From an uncultured Verrucomicrobiota bacterium (GTDB lineage Bacteria; Verrucomicrobiota; Verrucomicrobiia; Limisphaerales; J093): a stretch of 64,000 nucleotides of DNA. Shown one piece after another: positions 42,385 to 52,472 of this stretch (positions are counted from its first letter, which is position 1; each line of letters begins with the position of its first letter). The translations under genes were made by a program, and so were the position numbers. Under the pieces are notes generated by a model. That model searched no databases. It had not been told where the DNA came from and worked only from the letters and a program-made list of their open reading frames with translations. The DNA lies in contig CAYYMW010000001.1 of assembly GCA_964472515.1 (NCBI GenBank), positions 33,528-97,527 on the forward strand, given 5' to 3'.

Positions 42385-42755
42385 AAACCGTCCTTTCACT
42401 CAGTGTGCTGCTGGCGCTACTGGGGGTCGGCTGCGCCTCGCTCCGACCACTCGCGTCCACACCTCCCGCTGCCGTGATCGAACTTACGGAGCCAATGACC
42501 ATCCGCTACATGCTCCAAGGGGATACGATTCTGCCGGCGGGGGAATACCGGGCAACGCTGGAGGACAACGGCGGTTATTACTACGCCGCACCGGCAAAGC
42601 TCATCAGGAACGACACAGTGGGCTGGCAACTCGATGGGGGCTTGTATCTGAAGAAAGGCGCTCAGATGCCAACCCACTATTACGTCGTCGGACAACACCA
42701 CGCGACCGGCCTTTATCGCCTGAAGACGGAGCCGCAGTTCAAGCTGAAGCCCTGA
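42381..42755 (+). CDS. hypothetical lipoprotein
   Basis: 124 aa with lipobox 'LLGVGC'. ATGA overlap with the upstream gene. No recognisable domain. Confidence 0.55.
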   Translation: MKTVLSLSVLLALLGVGCASLRPLASTPPAAVIELTEPMTIRYMLQGDTILPAGEYRATLEDNGGYYYAAPAKLIRNDTVGWQLDGGLYLKKGAQMPTHYYVVGQHHATGLYRLKTEPQFKLKP

Positions 42756-42765
42756 AGGTAGGAAA

Positions 42766-43188
42766 GTGACAACGACTACAATGAACGCGCCTCCCCAGCG
42801 GGAACGGAATCCAAGACGCCGTGCTTGCGTGCTCTACGCAGAGGATGATCGCCTGACCTCGGCGGCCATCGTCCGGTTGCTCACCATCAAGGGATTCAAA
42901 GTCGAATCTGCGGCCAATGGACAGGAAGCACTCGCAAAACTCTTGTCGCAGCCTGCTGCATACGACTTCATCATCACCGACCAAGCCATGCCCTTGCTGA
43001 CGGGCGAGGAGTGGCTCAAAGAAATCCGTGGAAGCGGCTTTTCCGGCAGGATCATCGTGTATGCCGCTTCCCTGCCAGGCGACTTGGAGCGTCGCTTGCG
43101 GGAATTAGGTGTGGAGAAGATCGTCCAGAAGACGGAGAGCCTTCAATCACTCCTGGACGCGCTTGAGGAACGGCTGGAAACTCCGTGA
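42766..43188 (+). CDS. stand-alone response-regulator receiver domain protein
   Basis: 140 aa. 'VLYAEDD', 'IITDQAMPLLTG' and 'IIVYAAS' form the receiver signature. No output domain. Confidence 0.75.
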   Translation: MTTTTMNAPPQRERNPRRRACVLYAEDDRLTSAAIVRLLTIKGFKVESAANGQEALAKLLSQPAAYDFIITDQAMPLLTGEEWLKEIRGSGFSGRIIVYAASLPGDLERRLRELGVEKIVQKTESLQSLLDALEERLETP

Positions 43189-43462
43189 AGACTCTACTCC
43201 ACGTCACATTCTTGAAACCGGAGGCGTTCCAACCGCCGATCCGACGCCTCGCCCTCCTTACTCAGAACGGGCGGACCTATGTTCCCCCACGCAAGCTTGC
43301 TCCACCAGTTCTCCTGGCACAACGGTGGTGCAGGCAATGGGCAGATGTGTCGCATTACCCTCAACCACCCGGTGACGCTCCGTTCTTGCGCGGAAAATGC
43401 ACGCGAAGTGCCGACGGCTGGGAATCTGCAATGGACGGTGTATTCAAAACGCCGATACCTCG

Positions 43463-43735
43463 ATGAGCCGATGGATGTCACCCGAAAAAGCCGCCAAGTG
43501 CGCCGCCCGCGCCGAGAAGGATGCCGAGCAAAAGCGCCGGCAGAATCGGAACAGTTGGCGGATCGTGATAGGGCTTGTAGTGTTTTGGGTTACGTTTGGC
43601 ATTGCCGATTATTTCTGGTTGCGGCATCAGGCGAAACAGCGGCACGAGCAGCGTTACCATCGAGCCGGAAGGACCAACGCTCCTGTTTCCACCCCGCTGG
43701 ATGGCGGACAGAACCACACGGCCAACCATGACTGA
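43463..43735 (+). CDS. small single-pass membrane protein (tentative)
   Basis: Internal ATG of ORF 43397-43735. Lys/Arg-rich region followed by the TM segment 'WRIVIGLVVFWVTFGIADYFW'. Its end overlaps the next start. Confidence 0.3.
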   Translation: MSRWMSPEKAAKCAARAEKDAEQKRRQNRNSWRIVIGLVVFWVTFGIADYFWLRHQAKQRHEQRYHRAGRTNAPVSTPLDGGQNHTANHD

Positions 43736-44363
43736 AAAGTGCCACAATTGCATGAGACTCACCCCGTTTGTGTTTGTGTTCGGCGTAGCGGCACTGGTCC
43801 TGAGTGGCTGCACCACAACGTCCACGCCATCTGAGGCAGACAATGCGTTTGAAGAGTTCCGGAAGCGGATGATGGCTAGTTACCCCTCGGTCACTTCGAC
43901 CCAAGCCCAGAGATTTGCCACAAAGAATAGCTTCAGCCAGACCAACCAAGCAACTATCGCCTTTCCGCCGCCCTTCCTCCAATTGCCCGAACAGAGAACC
44001 GCGCGCGAAGAAGTGGAAAAGAGCGGCGTCTCGCCCGCCCTCGTTGAGAAGATGTTGCAGGGCCAGATTCTCACCCTGGCCGAAATCCAGGAACTCGCTC
44101 AGCACAAGATGAGCGACACGAATCTCGTGAAATACCTGCGCTCGACCGGTGGGGTGTACGCACTGACGACAAAGCACATTGATGAACTGCGCACGGCGTC
44201 CGTGAGTGACGAAGTGTTGGACTACCTCCTCGCGACGCCAACGCTGCGGCGCAGGTCACTCTACTCCCCATTTTCCTTCTACCACCCTCATTCCTCATTG
44301 TGGGACGATCACTACTACGGCCTTCACCACTACGATCATCATTTCGATGTTCATCACCATTAG
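43728..44363 (+). CDS. lipoprotein with His-rich C-terminus
   Basis: Start at ATG 43728. Lipobox 'VLSGC'. C-terminus 'HPHSSLWDDHYYGLHHYDHHFDVHHH'. Confidence 0.55.
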   Translation: MTEKCHNCMRLTPFVFVFGVAALVLSGCTTTSTPSEADNAFEEFRKRMMASYPSVTSTQAQRFATKNSFSQTNQATIAFPPPFLQLPEQRTAREEVEKSGVSPALVEKMLQGQILTLAEIQELAQHKMSDTNLVKYLRSTGGVYALTTKHIDELRTASVSDEVLDYLLATPTLRRRSLYSPFSFYHPHSSLWDDHYYGLHHYDHHFDVHHH

Positions 44364-44369
44364 GCCGCT

Positions 44370-46592
44370 ATGAAAGACGCCTCCGAGCCGCATTGTTGTT
44401 CAGCGTGTCAGGCGCAAGCTCCGAACTCTCCCAAAGAAGTTCAGGGCACTCCACCGCATTCGCCTGTTCAAGCTGAGAACCAAACCGTCTTTCGGGTAGC
44501 CGGCATGGATTGCGCCGATGAAGTCGAGACGGTGGAACGCGCCCTCAAGCCGCTGCCCGGCGTCCGGGATGTGCGCGTGAATCTGATGGGTGGCAAGGTC
44601 GTCGTCGCGCACGACGCCACGATCACGCCCGAACAACTCATCGCCGCCATCGGCAAGGCAGGGTTGACGGCATCGCCCGACCAGATTGAAGCGCACGAGC
44701 CTGCCAATGCTCAACGCTCGCGGCTCATCTCAGTGGCGGTGTCCGGCGCGCTTACCGGCGTCGGACTTGTGGCGCAATGGAGCAACCTCGCGCCCGTGCC
44801 CGTTCGCATCGGATTGTTTGCCTGCGCCATCGTCGCGGGCGGCTGGTTCATCTTCCCCAAGGCGCTCGGCGCGGCGCGGCGGCGCTCCCTCGACATGAAC
44901 GTGCTGATGTCCGTCGCCGTGGTCGGCGCGGCGGCGATTGGCGAATGGAGCGAAGGCGCGGCGGTGGTGTTTCTGTTCGCGCTCTCGGAGTTGCTGGAAT
45001 CGTTCAGCCTGGCACGGGCGCGGCGTGCGATTCAATCGCTGATGAAGCTCGCGCCCGAAACCGCGCTGCTCAGGCGGGGCGAGCAGTTCGAGGAAGTGCC
45101 GGTTGCCCAGGTTGCCGTTGGGAGCATCATCGCCATCCAGTCCGGAGCGCGCGTGCCGCTCGATGGCGAAGTGCTCACCGGCAATTCCGCCATCAACCAA
45201 GCGCCCATCACCGGAGAATCCATGCCGGTCGAGAAGCAGCCCGGCGACACCGTGTTCGCCGGAACGATCAACGGCGAGGGCGCGCTCGAAGTCCGCGTCA
45301 CCAAGCCCCACACGGACACTACGCTCGCGCGCATCATTCATCTCGTCGAGGAGGCGCAATCGCAGAAAGCGCCATCCCAGCGGTTCGTGGACACGTTCGC
45401 ACGCTACTACACGCCTGCCGTGTTCGCTGTGGCGTTGCTCGTCTGGCTCGCGCCGCCGCTGCTGGCGGGCGGGGTGTGGACCGTCTGGACCTACCGCGCT
45501 CTCGTGTTGCTCGTCATTGCCTGCCCGTGCGCGCTTGTCATCTCCACGCCCGTTTCAATTGTCTCTGGCCTCACGGCGCTGGCCCGGCGCGGCGTGCTCA
45601 TCAAAGGCGGCGCGGTGCTGGAAGCCGTCGGCAAACTCACCGCGCTCGCGACGGACAAGACCGGCACAATCACCGAAGGCCGTCCGCGCGTGACGCAAAT
45701 CATCCCGTTCAACTCCAAGTCCGCCGGGGAAATCCTGCGCGTGGCTGCCGCCATTGACACCCATTCGCAGCACCCGCTCGCGCAAGCCGTGGTAGCGTTC
45801 GCCACGGAACAGAAAGTTGCGTTCCCGCGCGCGGAGAATTATCAGGCCCGCAATGGCCGGGGCGCGGAAGGCGAACTCGACGGGCATCATTACTTCGTCG
45901 GCAACCATCGCTTCGCACACGAACTCGCCGTCTGCTCTCCGGCACTCGAACAGAAGCTCGCCGAGATCGAAGCGCAGGCGCAATCCGTGATCGTGGTCGG
46001 GCACAAGCCGCACGCGGATTGCCCCGGCGAAGTGCTGGGCGTGCTCGCAGTCGGCGACGCCGTGCGCCCGAATGCGGCCCAGGCGGTCCGCGCCTTGCAC
46101 GACGCGGGCATCCGACAGGTCGTGATGCTGAGCGGCGACAATCAGCGCACCGTGGACGCCATCGCGGAGCAGGTCGGAATTGATCAGGCCCACGGCGATT
46201 TGCTGCCCGAGGACAAGGTGCAGCGCGTGCGCGACCTCATGGCTCGCCACAAACACACGGGGATGATCGGCGACGGCGTGAACGACGCGCCTGCAATGGC
46301 TGTGGCGAGTGTGGGCATCGCAATGGGCGCGGCGGGCACGGACACCGCCATTGAAACGGCGGACATGGCGCTGATGCAGGACGACCTGAGCCAGGTCGCC
46401 GAGGCCATCCGCATGGGCCGTCGCACCGTGCGCGTGATTCAGGCGAACATCGCCTTCGCGCTCGGCGTGAAGGCCGTTTTCTTAGTGCTTGCGTTGACTG
46501 GCCACACGAGTCTCTGGCTGGCGATTCTGGCCGATACCGGAGCGACGTTGGTGGTCATTGCCAATGCACTTCGACTCCTGAAACCCAAGTGA
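44370..46592 (+). CDS. Zn/Cd/Pb-type P1B-ATPase (ZntA/CadA-like)
   Basis: 740 aa. N-terminal 'CCSAC' and an HMA fold 'FRVAGMDCADEV'. 'CPCALVISTP', 'DKTGTIT', 'GDGVNDAP' and TM8 'LADTGATL' point to the P1B-2 class. Confidence 0.9.
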   Translation: MKDASEPHCCSACQAQAPNSPKEVQGTPPHSPVQAENQTVFRVAGMDCADEVETVERALKPLPGVRDVRVNLMGGKVVVAHDATITPEQLIAAIGKAGLTASPDQIEAHEPANAQRSRLISVAVSGALTGVGLVAQWSNLAPVPVRIGLFACAIVAGGWFIFPKALGAARRRSLDMNVLMSVAVVGAAAIGEWSEGAAVVFLFALSELLESFSLARARRAIQSLMKLAPETALLRRGEQFEEVPVAQVAVGSIIAIQSGARVPLDGEVLTGNSAINQAPITGESMPVEKQPGDTVFAGTINGEGALEVRVTKPHTDTTLARIIHLVEEAQSQKAPSQRFVDTFARYYTPAVFAVALLVWLAPPLLAGGVWTVWTYRALVLLVIACPCALVISTPVSIVSGLTALARRGVLIKGGAVLEAVGKLTALATDKTGTITEGRPRVTQIIPFNSKSAGEILRVAAAIDTHSQHPLAQAVVAFATEQKVAFPRAENYQARNGRGAEGELDGHHYFVGNHRFAHELAVCSPALEQKLAEIEAQAQSVIVVGHKPHADCPGEVLGVLAVGDAVRPNAAQAVRALHDAGIRQVVMLSGDNQRTVDAIAEQVGIDQAHGDLLPEDKVQRVRDLMARHKHTGMIGDGVNDAPAMAVASVGIAMGAAGTDTAIETADMALMQDDLSQVAEAIRMGRRTVRVIQANIAFALGVKAVFLVLALTGHTSLWLAILADTGATLVVIANALRLLKPK

Positions 46593-47062
46593 AGACCAAT
46601 GGGATGACTTGCGAATTGCCTCTGAGACATCGCGCCACACAGGCTGGGGTCGCAATGGGGTTGATTGGATTGCTCCTTGTCGCCGGCGGCTGCGCCTCCT
46701 GGAAGATGGAACGGGTGAGCGTGCCGACAGAAGCCAAATCCAGCGGCGGCATTGAGGTGACCCCGCCGCGCGTGTATCGCGATGCAAATGGGTTTCTGGT
46801 GGCCGGGAATCTTCTCGGGTGGGGCATTGGCGCGCATCATCCCGGTCCGGGCCATTTGCACGCGCAAACGATGGACGCGGAAGGGCGCGTCATTAGCGAC
46901 ACCAAAACCGCCGCACCCTACATCCGCCATAACCGCCACAGTTCCCGTGAATCGGCGACCTACACGCTTCGTTTGGAAAATCTCCCGCCAGCGGGCGGGC
47001 GGCTGCGAATCGTGTTGCACCGCGTTCCGCTTAAGAAATGCATGGGATTGGACAGCTTGTGA
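46589..47062 (+). CDS. hypothetical lipoprotein (start uncertain)
   Basis: 157-aa ORF overlapping the ATPase stop. 'LLLVAGGC' lipobox. His/Gly-rich 'GAHHPGPGHLH'. Confidence 0.45.
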   Translation: MKTNGMTCELPLRHRATQAGVAMGLIGLLLVAGGCASWKMERVSVPTEAKSSGGIEVTPPRVYRDANGFLVAGNLLGWGIGAHHPGPGHLHAQTMDAEGRVISDTKTAAPYIRHNRHSSRESATYTLRLENLPPAGGRLRIVLHRVPLKKCMGLDSL

Positions 47063-47128
47063 AGGTCTTCCCCGCAAGAGCATGGCGTGATCCAGAGCGG
47101 CCGGCCGGCAATTTGACGGTCGCCCAGT

Positions 47129-47157
47129 TTGACAGCCGCAGGGCTGTCGAGTATTAG
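47129..47157 (+). promoter_or_regulatory. sigma-70-type promoter candidate (TTGACA-17-TATTAG)
   Basis: Perfect -35 hexamer with a 17-nt spacer. -10 at 47152-47157, 36 nt before ATG 47193. Confidence 0.4.
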
Positions 47158-47192
47158 CTTTGCGTTCAGTTTTGGCCGACAAGCAGCGATTG

Positions 47193-47618
47193 ATGATGCA
47201 GAACAACCAGACAGCCCGGCGACGCCGCACCTTCTTCAGGTGTTGGTGGATGCGCTTCTTCGGGCTGCTGCTGTTTGTGTATGGGGTGAATTTTGCCCCG
47301 GTGCATCTGGCGCTGGAGTCGCACCTGGGCGATCTGCCAGCTCAAGCGCTGAGCGTCGGCGTGGAGGCATCCTTGCTGTCCGCGACCGGGCAGGCGGCTG
47401 ATTCGCACCACGATCCGCATCTGGCGTCGGATCACTCGTTGCGGTTGGCAACCCAGGCCCAGGTCAGCTTCGTCTCTTTCGACTGTTACGCGCCATCCGC
47501 CACGGTCGAGATTTGCCGCCCGCAACTTCTGCTTCCCCTCTTTCTGACGGAGCGACAGAATCCACCCGGGCTGCCTCCGCCCGATCCGCTCCAGCCCCGC
47601 GCTCCTCCGCTCTCCTGA
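47193..47618 (+). CDS. small membrane protein preceding the RND operon, family C
   Basis: Start at ATG 47193 (MMQNNQTARRRR...). TM segment 'FFGLLLFVYGVNFAPVHLALES'. Pro-rich end 'PDPLQPRAPPLS'. Confidence 0.45.
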   Translation: MMQNNQTARRRRTFFRCWWMRFFGLLLFVYGVNFAPVHLALESHLGDLPAQALSVGVEASLLSATGQAADSHHDPHLASDHSLRLATQAQVSFVSFDCYAPSATVEICRPQLLLPLFLTERQNPPGLPPPDPLQPRAPPLS

Positions 47619-47751
47619 CCCTTCTTCCGGTTCTTCGCGCCATTCTTCGGCGAGCTTGGCCCGTCTCTGCCTGAACGCCTCACAGGCGGAATCTCAATCC
47701 AATCCGGGCACATTTACTTTGGGGCAAAATCCATGTCGGTGGTCAGTTTGT

Positions 47752-49359
47752 ATGAAGCGAATTCAATTTCAATTTGGTCGGTTTGGTCAAGTGGGGCTGG
47801 GCTTGGTGGCCTGCCTCGGTTTGGTAGTGTTCTCGGGATGTAAGGGCGGCAACAAGGCCGCCCATGACGATGCCCATGCTCACGAGGGCGAGGTCAAAAC
47901 AGTGCAAATCACCGTGTTTGGCGAGCGCCACGAAATCTTCGCGGAACACCGTTTGGTGGTGGCCGGCACGGAGACGAAGTTCGTGACGCATGTCACCGAC
48001 ATAAAGACGCTGGAACCGCGCCGGGATGGTCCGGTGCGATTTCAGATGCGGCTTGGCCAGGATGCCCCCATCGAGCAGGTCGAAAAGGCCCCCTCGCGGG
48101 CGGGCATCTACGAGGCCATGCTCACTTTCCCGAAAGCGGGCGAATGGAGTGTCGCGTTGGTAGTGCCCACGGATGACGGCGAGAAAAGCGTTCCTTTCCC
48201 GCCGGTGAAGGTCTTCGCCAACGCGCACGACGCCGAACACGCCGAGGTTTCGGAGCCTCCGTCGGGCATCAGCTTCCTCAAGGAGCAGCAGTGGAAGATT
48301 CTTGCAGGGACCGAAGCCGCCGCAAAGCACCGGGTGGTCGAGCGCGTTCGCGTAGCCGCACGCGTGCGGGCCAAACCAGGATTCAGCGCCGCCATCGTAG
48401 CGCCGGTTTCCGGACAACTCGTGGCGCCGTCCGGCCAGGCGTTGCCGCAGCCGGGCAAACGCGTCGAGGCGGGCCAGTTGCTTGCACTACTGCGTCCGAA
48501 CTTTTCCGAGGCAGCGGCGCGGGTGGCCGAAGCGGATGGCGAATTCAACACCGCCAAGGCCGCGCTTGACCAGGCTGAAGCCGCCTACACGCGCACCAAG
48601 AAGCTCGCCGCCGAGCAGGCAAAATCGCCGCGCGAGTTGCAGGAAGCGCAACTCGTTTACCAGTCCGCTAAGGCGCGTTACGCCGCCGCCGCCGGGTTGC
48701 TGGCCACGTTCAAACAAGCCGGTGGCGTTTCGTCGCCCGACGCGCCGCTGCTGATGGAACTGCGCGCGCCGATTGCGGGCGTGCTCAACTCGATGGCCGC
48801 CGGCCCGGGCGAAGTGGTGTCCGCCAATCAACTGGTGTTCACCGTCCTGAATCCGGAGTCGGTCTGGATTGAGGCGAGCATTCCGGAAGCCAGCATCGCG
48901 CGCTTGAGCACGGGCAAAGACGCTTCGGTTGAAATGCCGGGGCAACCGGGCCAGTTCCTTTCCATCACTGGGGACGGGCGCGGCCAGCTTGTGTCGTTCG
49001 GGCTGGAAGTGGACCTTGCCACGCGCACGGTGCCGCTCATCTACGAACTGAAGAATCCTGACAGCACACTGCGCGTTGGTCAGTCGGTGAATCTTCACGT
49101 CGAGACCGCCCGCGCGGAAGAGACCTTGGCCATCCCGAGCGCAGCCATTGTCGAGGAAGATGGACGGCCCATCGCGTTCGTGCAGGTGGCGGGCGAGACA
49201 TTTGAGAAGCGCGACCTCACCCTCGGCATCCGGGATGGCAACTGGGTGCAGATTCTCTCCGGCGTCACAGCGGGCGAGCGCGTCGTCACCAAGGGCGCGT
49301 ATGCCGTCCGGCTTGCCTCGGTATCTTCGGCAATTCCGGCGCACGGTCACGTTCACTAG
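47752..49359 (+). CDS. RND periplasmic adaptor with ~170-aa extra N-terminal domain
   Basis: Start at ATG 47752 gives lipobox 'VVFSGC'. 'HDDAHAHEGE' and a beta-rich domain precede the MFP core ('RVEAGQLLALL', 'LRAPIAGVL'). Confidence 0.85.
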   Translation: MKRIQFQFGRFGQVGLGLVACLGLVVFSGCKGGNKAAHDDAHAHEGEVKTVQITVFGERHEIFAEHRLVVAGTETKFVTHVTDIKTLEPRRDGPVRFQMRLGQDAPIEQVEKAPSRAGIYEAMLTFPKAGEWSVALVVPTDDGEKSVPFPPVKVFANAHDAEHAEVSEPPSGISFLKEQQWKILAGTEAAAKHRVVERVRVAARVRAKPGFSAAIVAPVSGQLVAPSGQALPQPGKRVEAGQLLALLRPNFSEAAARVAEADGEFNTAKAALDQAEAAYTRTKKLAAEQAKSPRELQEAQLVYQSAKARYAAAAGLLATFKQAGGVSSPDAPLLMELRAPIAGVLNSMAAGPGEVVSANQLVFTVLNPESVWIEASIPEASIARLSTGKDASVEMPGQPGQFLSITGDGRGQLVSFGLEVDLATRTVPLIYELKNPDSTLRVGQSVNLHVETARAEETLAIPSAAIVEEDGRPIAFVQVAGETFEKRDLTLGIRDGNWVQILSGVTAGERVVTKGAYAVRLASVSSAIPAHGHVH

Positions 49360-49368
49360 GAGCCAATC

Positions 49369-52300
49369 ATGATTGACGCCTTGATTAGTTGGTCGCTGCG
49401 TAATCGCGCGGCGGTTCTGGTGATGGCCGCCCTGTTGCTGGTCATCGGCGGTTACACGGCCCTCAAGATGCCGGTGGACGTATTCCCGGACCTGACTGCC
49501 CCCACCGTCACGGTCATTACTGAAGCGCGGGGCATGGCTCCGAGCGAGGTGGAAAGCCAAGTGACGTTTCCCATTGAAGCTGCCGTGAATGGCGCGTCGG
49601 GGGTGCGGCGCGTGCGCTCGGCCACGGCGGTGGGCCTCTCCATCGTCTGGATTGAGTTTGACTGGGGCACAGACATCTACGCCGCCCGACAGATTGTGAG
49701 CGAGAAGGTGAACGTGGCGGCGGGGGAACTACCGCCGGAAGTGGACCGCCCGGTCCTCGCGCCGGTTTCGTCCATTATGGGCGAAATCCTGTTCATCTCG
49801 CTCACCTCGGACAAGCACACGCCCATCGAACTGCGCACCACAGCGGACACGGTGATCCGCCGTCGCGTGCTTTCGGTGCCGGGCGTGTCGCAAGTCACTC
49901 CCATCGGAGGCGGGGTGAAACAGTTTCAGGTTCTGCTCTCTCCGGCCAAGCTGCAAGCCCACGGGCTCTCACTGAACCAGGTGACTCGCGCACTCTCGGA
50001 AGGGAATGAGAACGTTTCGGCCGGTTTCATCAACGAACGCAGCTCTGAATGGCTAATCACCGGCGTCGGGCGCGTGCGCTCGCTCGAAGACATCGGCGAT
50101 ACCGTCGTCATGGCGACGAACGGCATCCCCACGAAAGTCGCCGACCTCGGCGACGTCGTGATCGGGGAGGAACCGAAGCGCGGCGAAGGATCCACACGGG
50201 AAAAACCGGCGGTGATTCTCGGAATTCAGAAACAGCCGGGCGCGAACACGCTCATGTTGACCAAGGAACTGGATGCCGTGCTCGATGACATCGCGGCCAA
50301 GCTGCCCGCCGGGATGACGATTGATAAACGCATCTTCCGACAGGCGGACTTTATCCAGATTGCGATTCACAACGTGCAGTCCGCCCTGCGCGACGGCGGC
50401 CTGCTGGTGGTGATCATTGTGCTGCTCTTTCTGGCCAATGTCCGCGCCACGTTCATCACGCTCACGGCCATTCCTCTCTCGCTGGTGACGACCATCCTGG
50501 TGATGAAATCCTTCGGTGCGACCATCAACACGATGACTCTCGGCGGCATGGCCATCGCCATCGGGGCGCTGGTGGATGATGCGGTGATTCTGGTGGAAAA
50601 TGTTTTCCGCCGGTTGCGCGTCAACACCCTGCACCCGGAGGAGAAGCGCAAGAAGACGATGCAGGTCATCTTCGACGCCAGCATTGAAATCCAGAAATCC
50701 ATCGTCTTCGCCACGATCATCATCGCGATGGTGTTCCTGCCGATCTTTTTCCTGAGCGGGGTCGAGGGACGGTTGCTCAAGCCGCTGGGGTTGGCGTATA
50801 TCGTGTCGCTGGGCGCTTCCCTGCTCGTGGCGCTGACGGTGTCACCCGTGCTGTGCTCGCTCCTGCTGCCCAAGAGCCGCGCGGTGCTCACCGGCCACGA
50901 GCCGAAGGTGGTGACCTGGCTGAAATCGCACTACGCGAAAATCCTGACCCCCGTGCTGGCGCATCCGTGGCGCGTCACGCTACCCGCTGCGGTGGCGTTG
51001 GTGCTGGCGCTGGGTTCGACGTTCTTCATGGGTCGCTCCTTTCTCCCCGAGTTCAACGAAGGCACGCTCACTCTCAGCGCAGTCACGCTGCCCGGCACTT
51101 CGCTTCCACAGGCCAACGAGTATGGCAACCTCATCGAGCGCACGCTGCTCTCACATCCCGAAGTGACCGGGGTGGCGCGCCGCCAGGGACGCGCGGAATT
51201 GGACGAGCACGCCCAAGGGGTGGAGTCCTCGGAGATTGATGTGTCGTTGAAGATGCAGAAGCGGACCAAGAAGGAACTGCTCGAAGCGTTGCGGCGCGAT
51301 TTCTCGTTGATTCCCGGCATGAACGTCATCATCGGCCAGCCCATCTCGCACCGCATTGACCACATGCTTTCCGGCACGCGCGCCAACGTGGCGGTGAAAA
51401 TCTTCGGCGACAATCTGTATCAGTTGCGCCTGCTGGCCAGCCGCGCCCGCAAGGAGATGGAGACCGTGCCCGGCGTGGTTGACTTGTCCATAGAACAGCA
51501 AACCGATGTGCCCATCCTCCGGGCGCACTTCGACCGCAACGCCATTGCGCGTCACGGCCTGACCGTGCGCGAAGTGGCCCAGACAATGGAGGCGGCTGTC
51601 AAGGGGGTGACCGTCTCACGCGTGCTGGAAGGCCGCAACTCCTTCGACTTGGTCGTGCGCCTGACCGGACCCGAAGGCTGGCAGCTTGGGGACATCGGCG
51701 AACTGCTCGTGGACACTCCGGCGGGCGCGAAGGTGCCGCTGAAAAGCCTGGCGGACATCCGCAAGGAAACCGGACCCAACTACATCAGCCGCGAGCAAGT
51801 GGAACGGAAGATTGTGGTCATGTGCAACGTAGCCGGTCGCGACGTTACTTCCGTTGTGAACGACTGCAAGAAAGTGGTGGACCCTCTCGTGGCGGAAATG
51901 CCGGGTTACCGGGTGGACTACGGCGGCCAGTTTGAGAGCGCGGCCGAGGCCGGGAGAATCATCGCCCTGCTCGGCATCGCAGTGGTGATTGGCATTGGCT
52001 TCCTGCTGCACCTGGCGTTTGGCTCGGCACGCGACGCAGCGCTCATCATGCTCAACCTGCCGCTGGCGCTCATCGGCGGCGTGGTGGGCGTCTTTGTGTC
52101 GGGCGGCGTGCTAAGCGTGGCGTCACTTATCGGCTTCATCACCGTGTTCGGCATCGCCACACGCAACGGCATCATGCTCGTCTCACACATCAAGCACCTG
52201 GAAGAACATGAGGGGGTGACGGACTTCCGCGAGGCCGTTTTTCGGGGCGCGATGGAGCGGCTCGCGCCCATCCTGATGACCGCACTGGCGGCGGGACTGG

Positions 52301-52461
52301 CGCTGATTCCGCTGGCGCTGGGCGGGCACAAGCCCGGCAGCGAGATTCAAACTCCAATGGCCATTGTCATCCTTTTTGGCCTGCTGTCTTCGATGTTGTT
52401 GAACATGATTGTCGTCCCGACGCTCTACCTGCGTTTCGGGCGGCCGGTGGAAGTGGATTGA
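49369..52461 (+). CDS. heavy-metal efflux RND pump (CzcA/CusA family)
   Basis: 1030 aa. 'NRAAVLVMA...PVDVFPDLTAPTVTVITEARGMAP'. 12-TM RND architecture. Confidence 0.95.
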   Translation: MIDALISWSLRNRAAVLVMAALLLVIGGYTALKMPVDVFPDLTAPTVTVITEARGMAPSEVESQVTFPIEAAVNGASGVRRVRSATAVGLSIVWIEFDWGTDIYAARQIVSEKVNVAAGELPPEVDRPVLAPVSSIMGEILFISLTSDKHTPIELRTTADTVIRRRVLSVPGVSQVTPIGGGVKQFQVLLSPAKLQAHGLSLNQVTRALSEGNENVSAGFINERSSEWLITGVGRVRSLEDIGDTVVMATNGIPTKVADLGDVVIGEEPKRGEGSTREKPAVILGIQKQPGANTLMLTKELDAVLDDIAAKLPAGMTIDKRIFRQADFIQIAIHNVQSALRDGGLLVVIIVLLFLANVRATFITLTAIPLSLVTTILVMKSFGATINTMTLGGMAIAIGALVDDAVILVENVFRRLRVNTLHPEEKRKKTMQVIFDASIEIQKSIVFATIIIAMVFLPIFFLSGVEGRLLKPLGLAYIVSLGASLLVALTVSPVLCSLLLPKSRAVLTGHEPKVVTWLKSHYAKILTPVLAHPWRVTLPAAVALVLALGSTFFMGRSFLPEFNEGTLTLSAVTLPGTSLPQANEYGNLIERTLLSHPEVTGVARRQGRAELDEHAQGVESSEIDVSLKMQKRTKKELLEALRRDFSLIPGMNVIIGQPISHRIDHMLSGTRANVAVKIFGDNLYQLRLLASRARKEMETVPGVVDLSIEQQTDVPILRAHFDRNAIARHGLTVREVAQTMEAAVKGVTVSRVLEGRNSFDLVVRLTGPEGWQLGDIGELLVDTPAGAKVPLKSLADIRKETGPNYISREQVERKIVVMCNVAGRDVTSVVNDCKKVVDPLVAEMPGYRVDYGGQFESAAEAGRIIALLGIAVVIGIGFLLHLAFGSARDAALIMLNLPLALIGGVVGVFVSGGVLSVASLIGFITVFGIATRNGIMLVSHIKHLEEHEGVTDFREAVFRGAMERLAPILMTALAAGLALIPLALGGHKPGSEIQTPMAIVILFGLLSSMLLNMIVVPTLYLRFGRPVEVD

Positions 52462-52472
52462 ACGAGGTGCTT

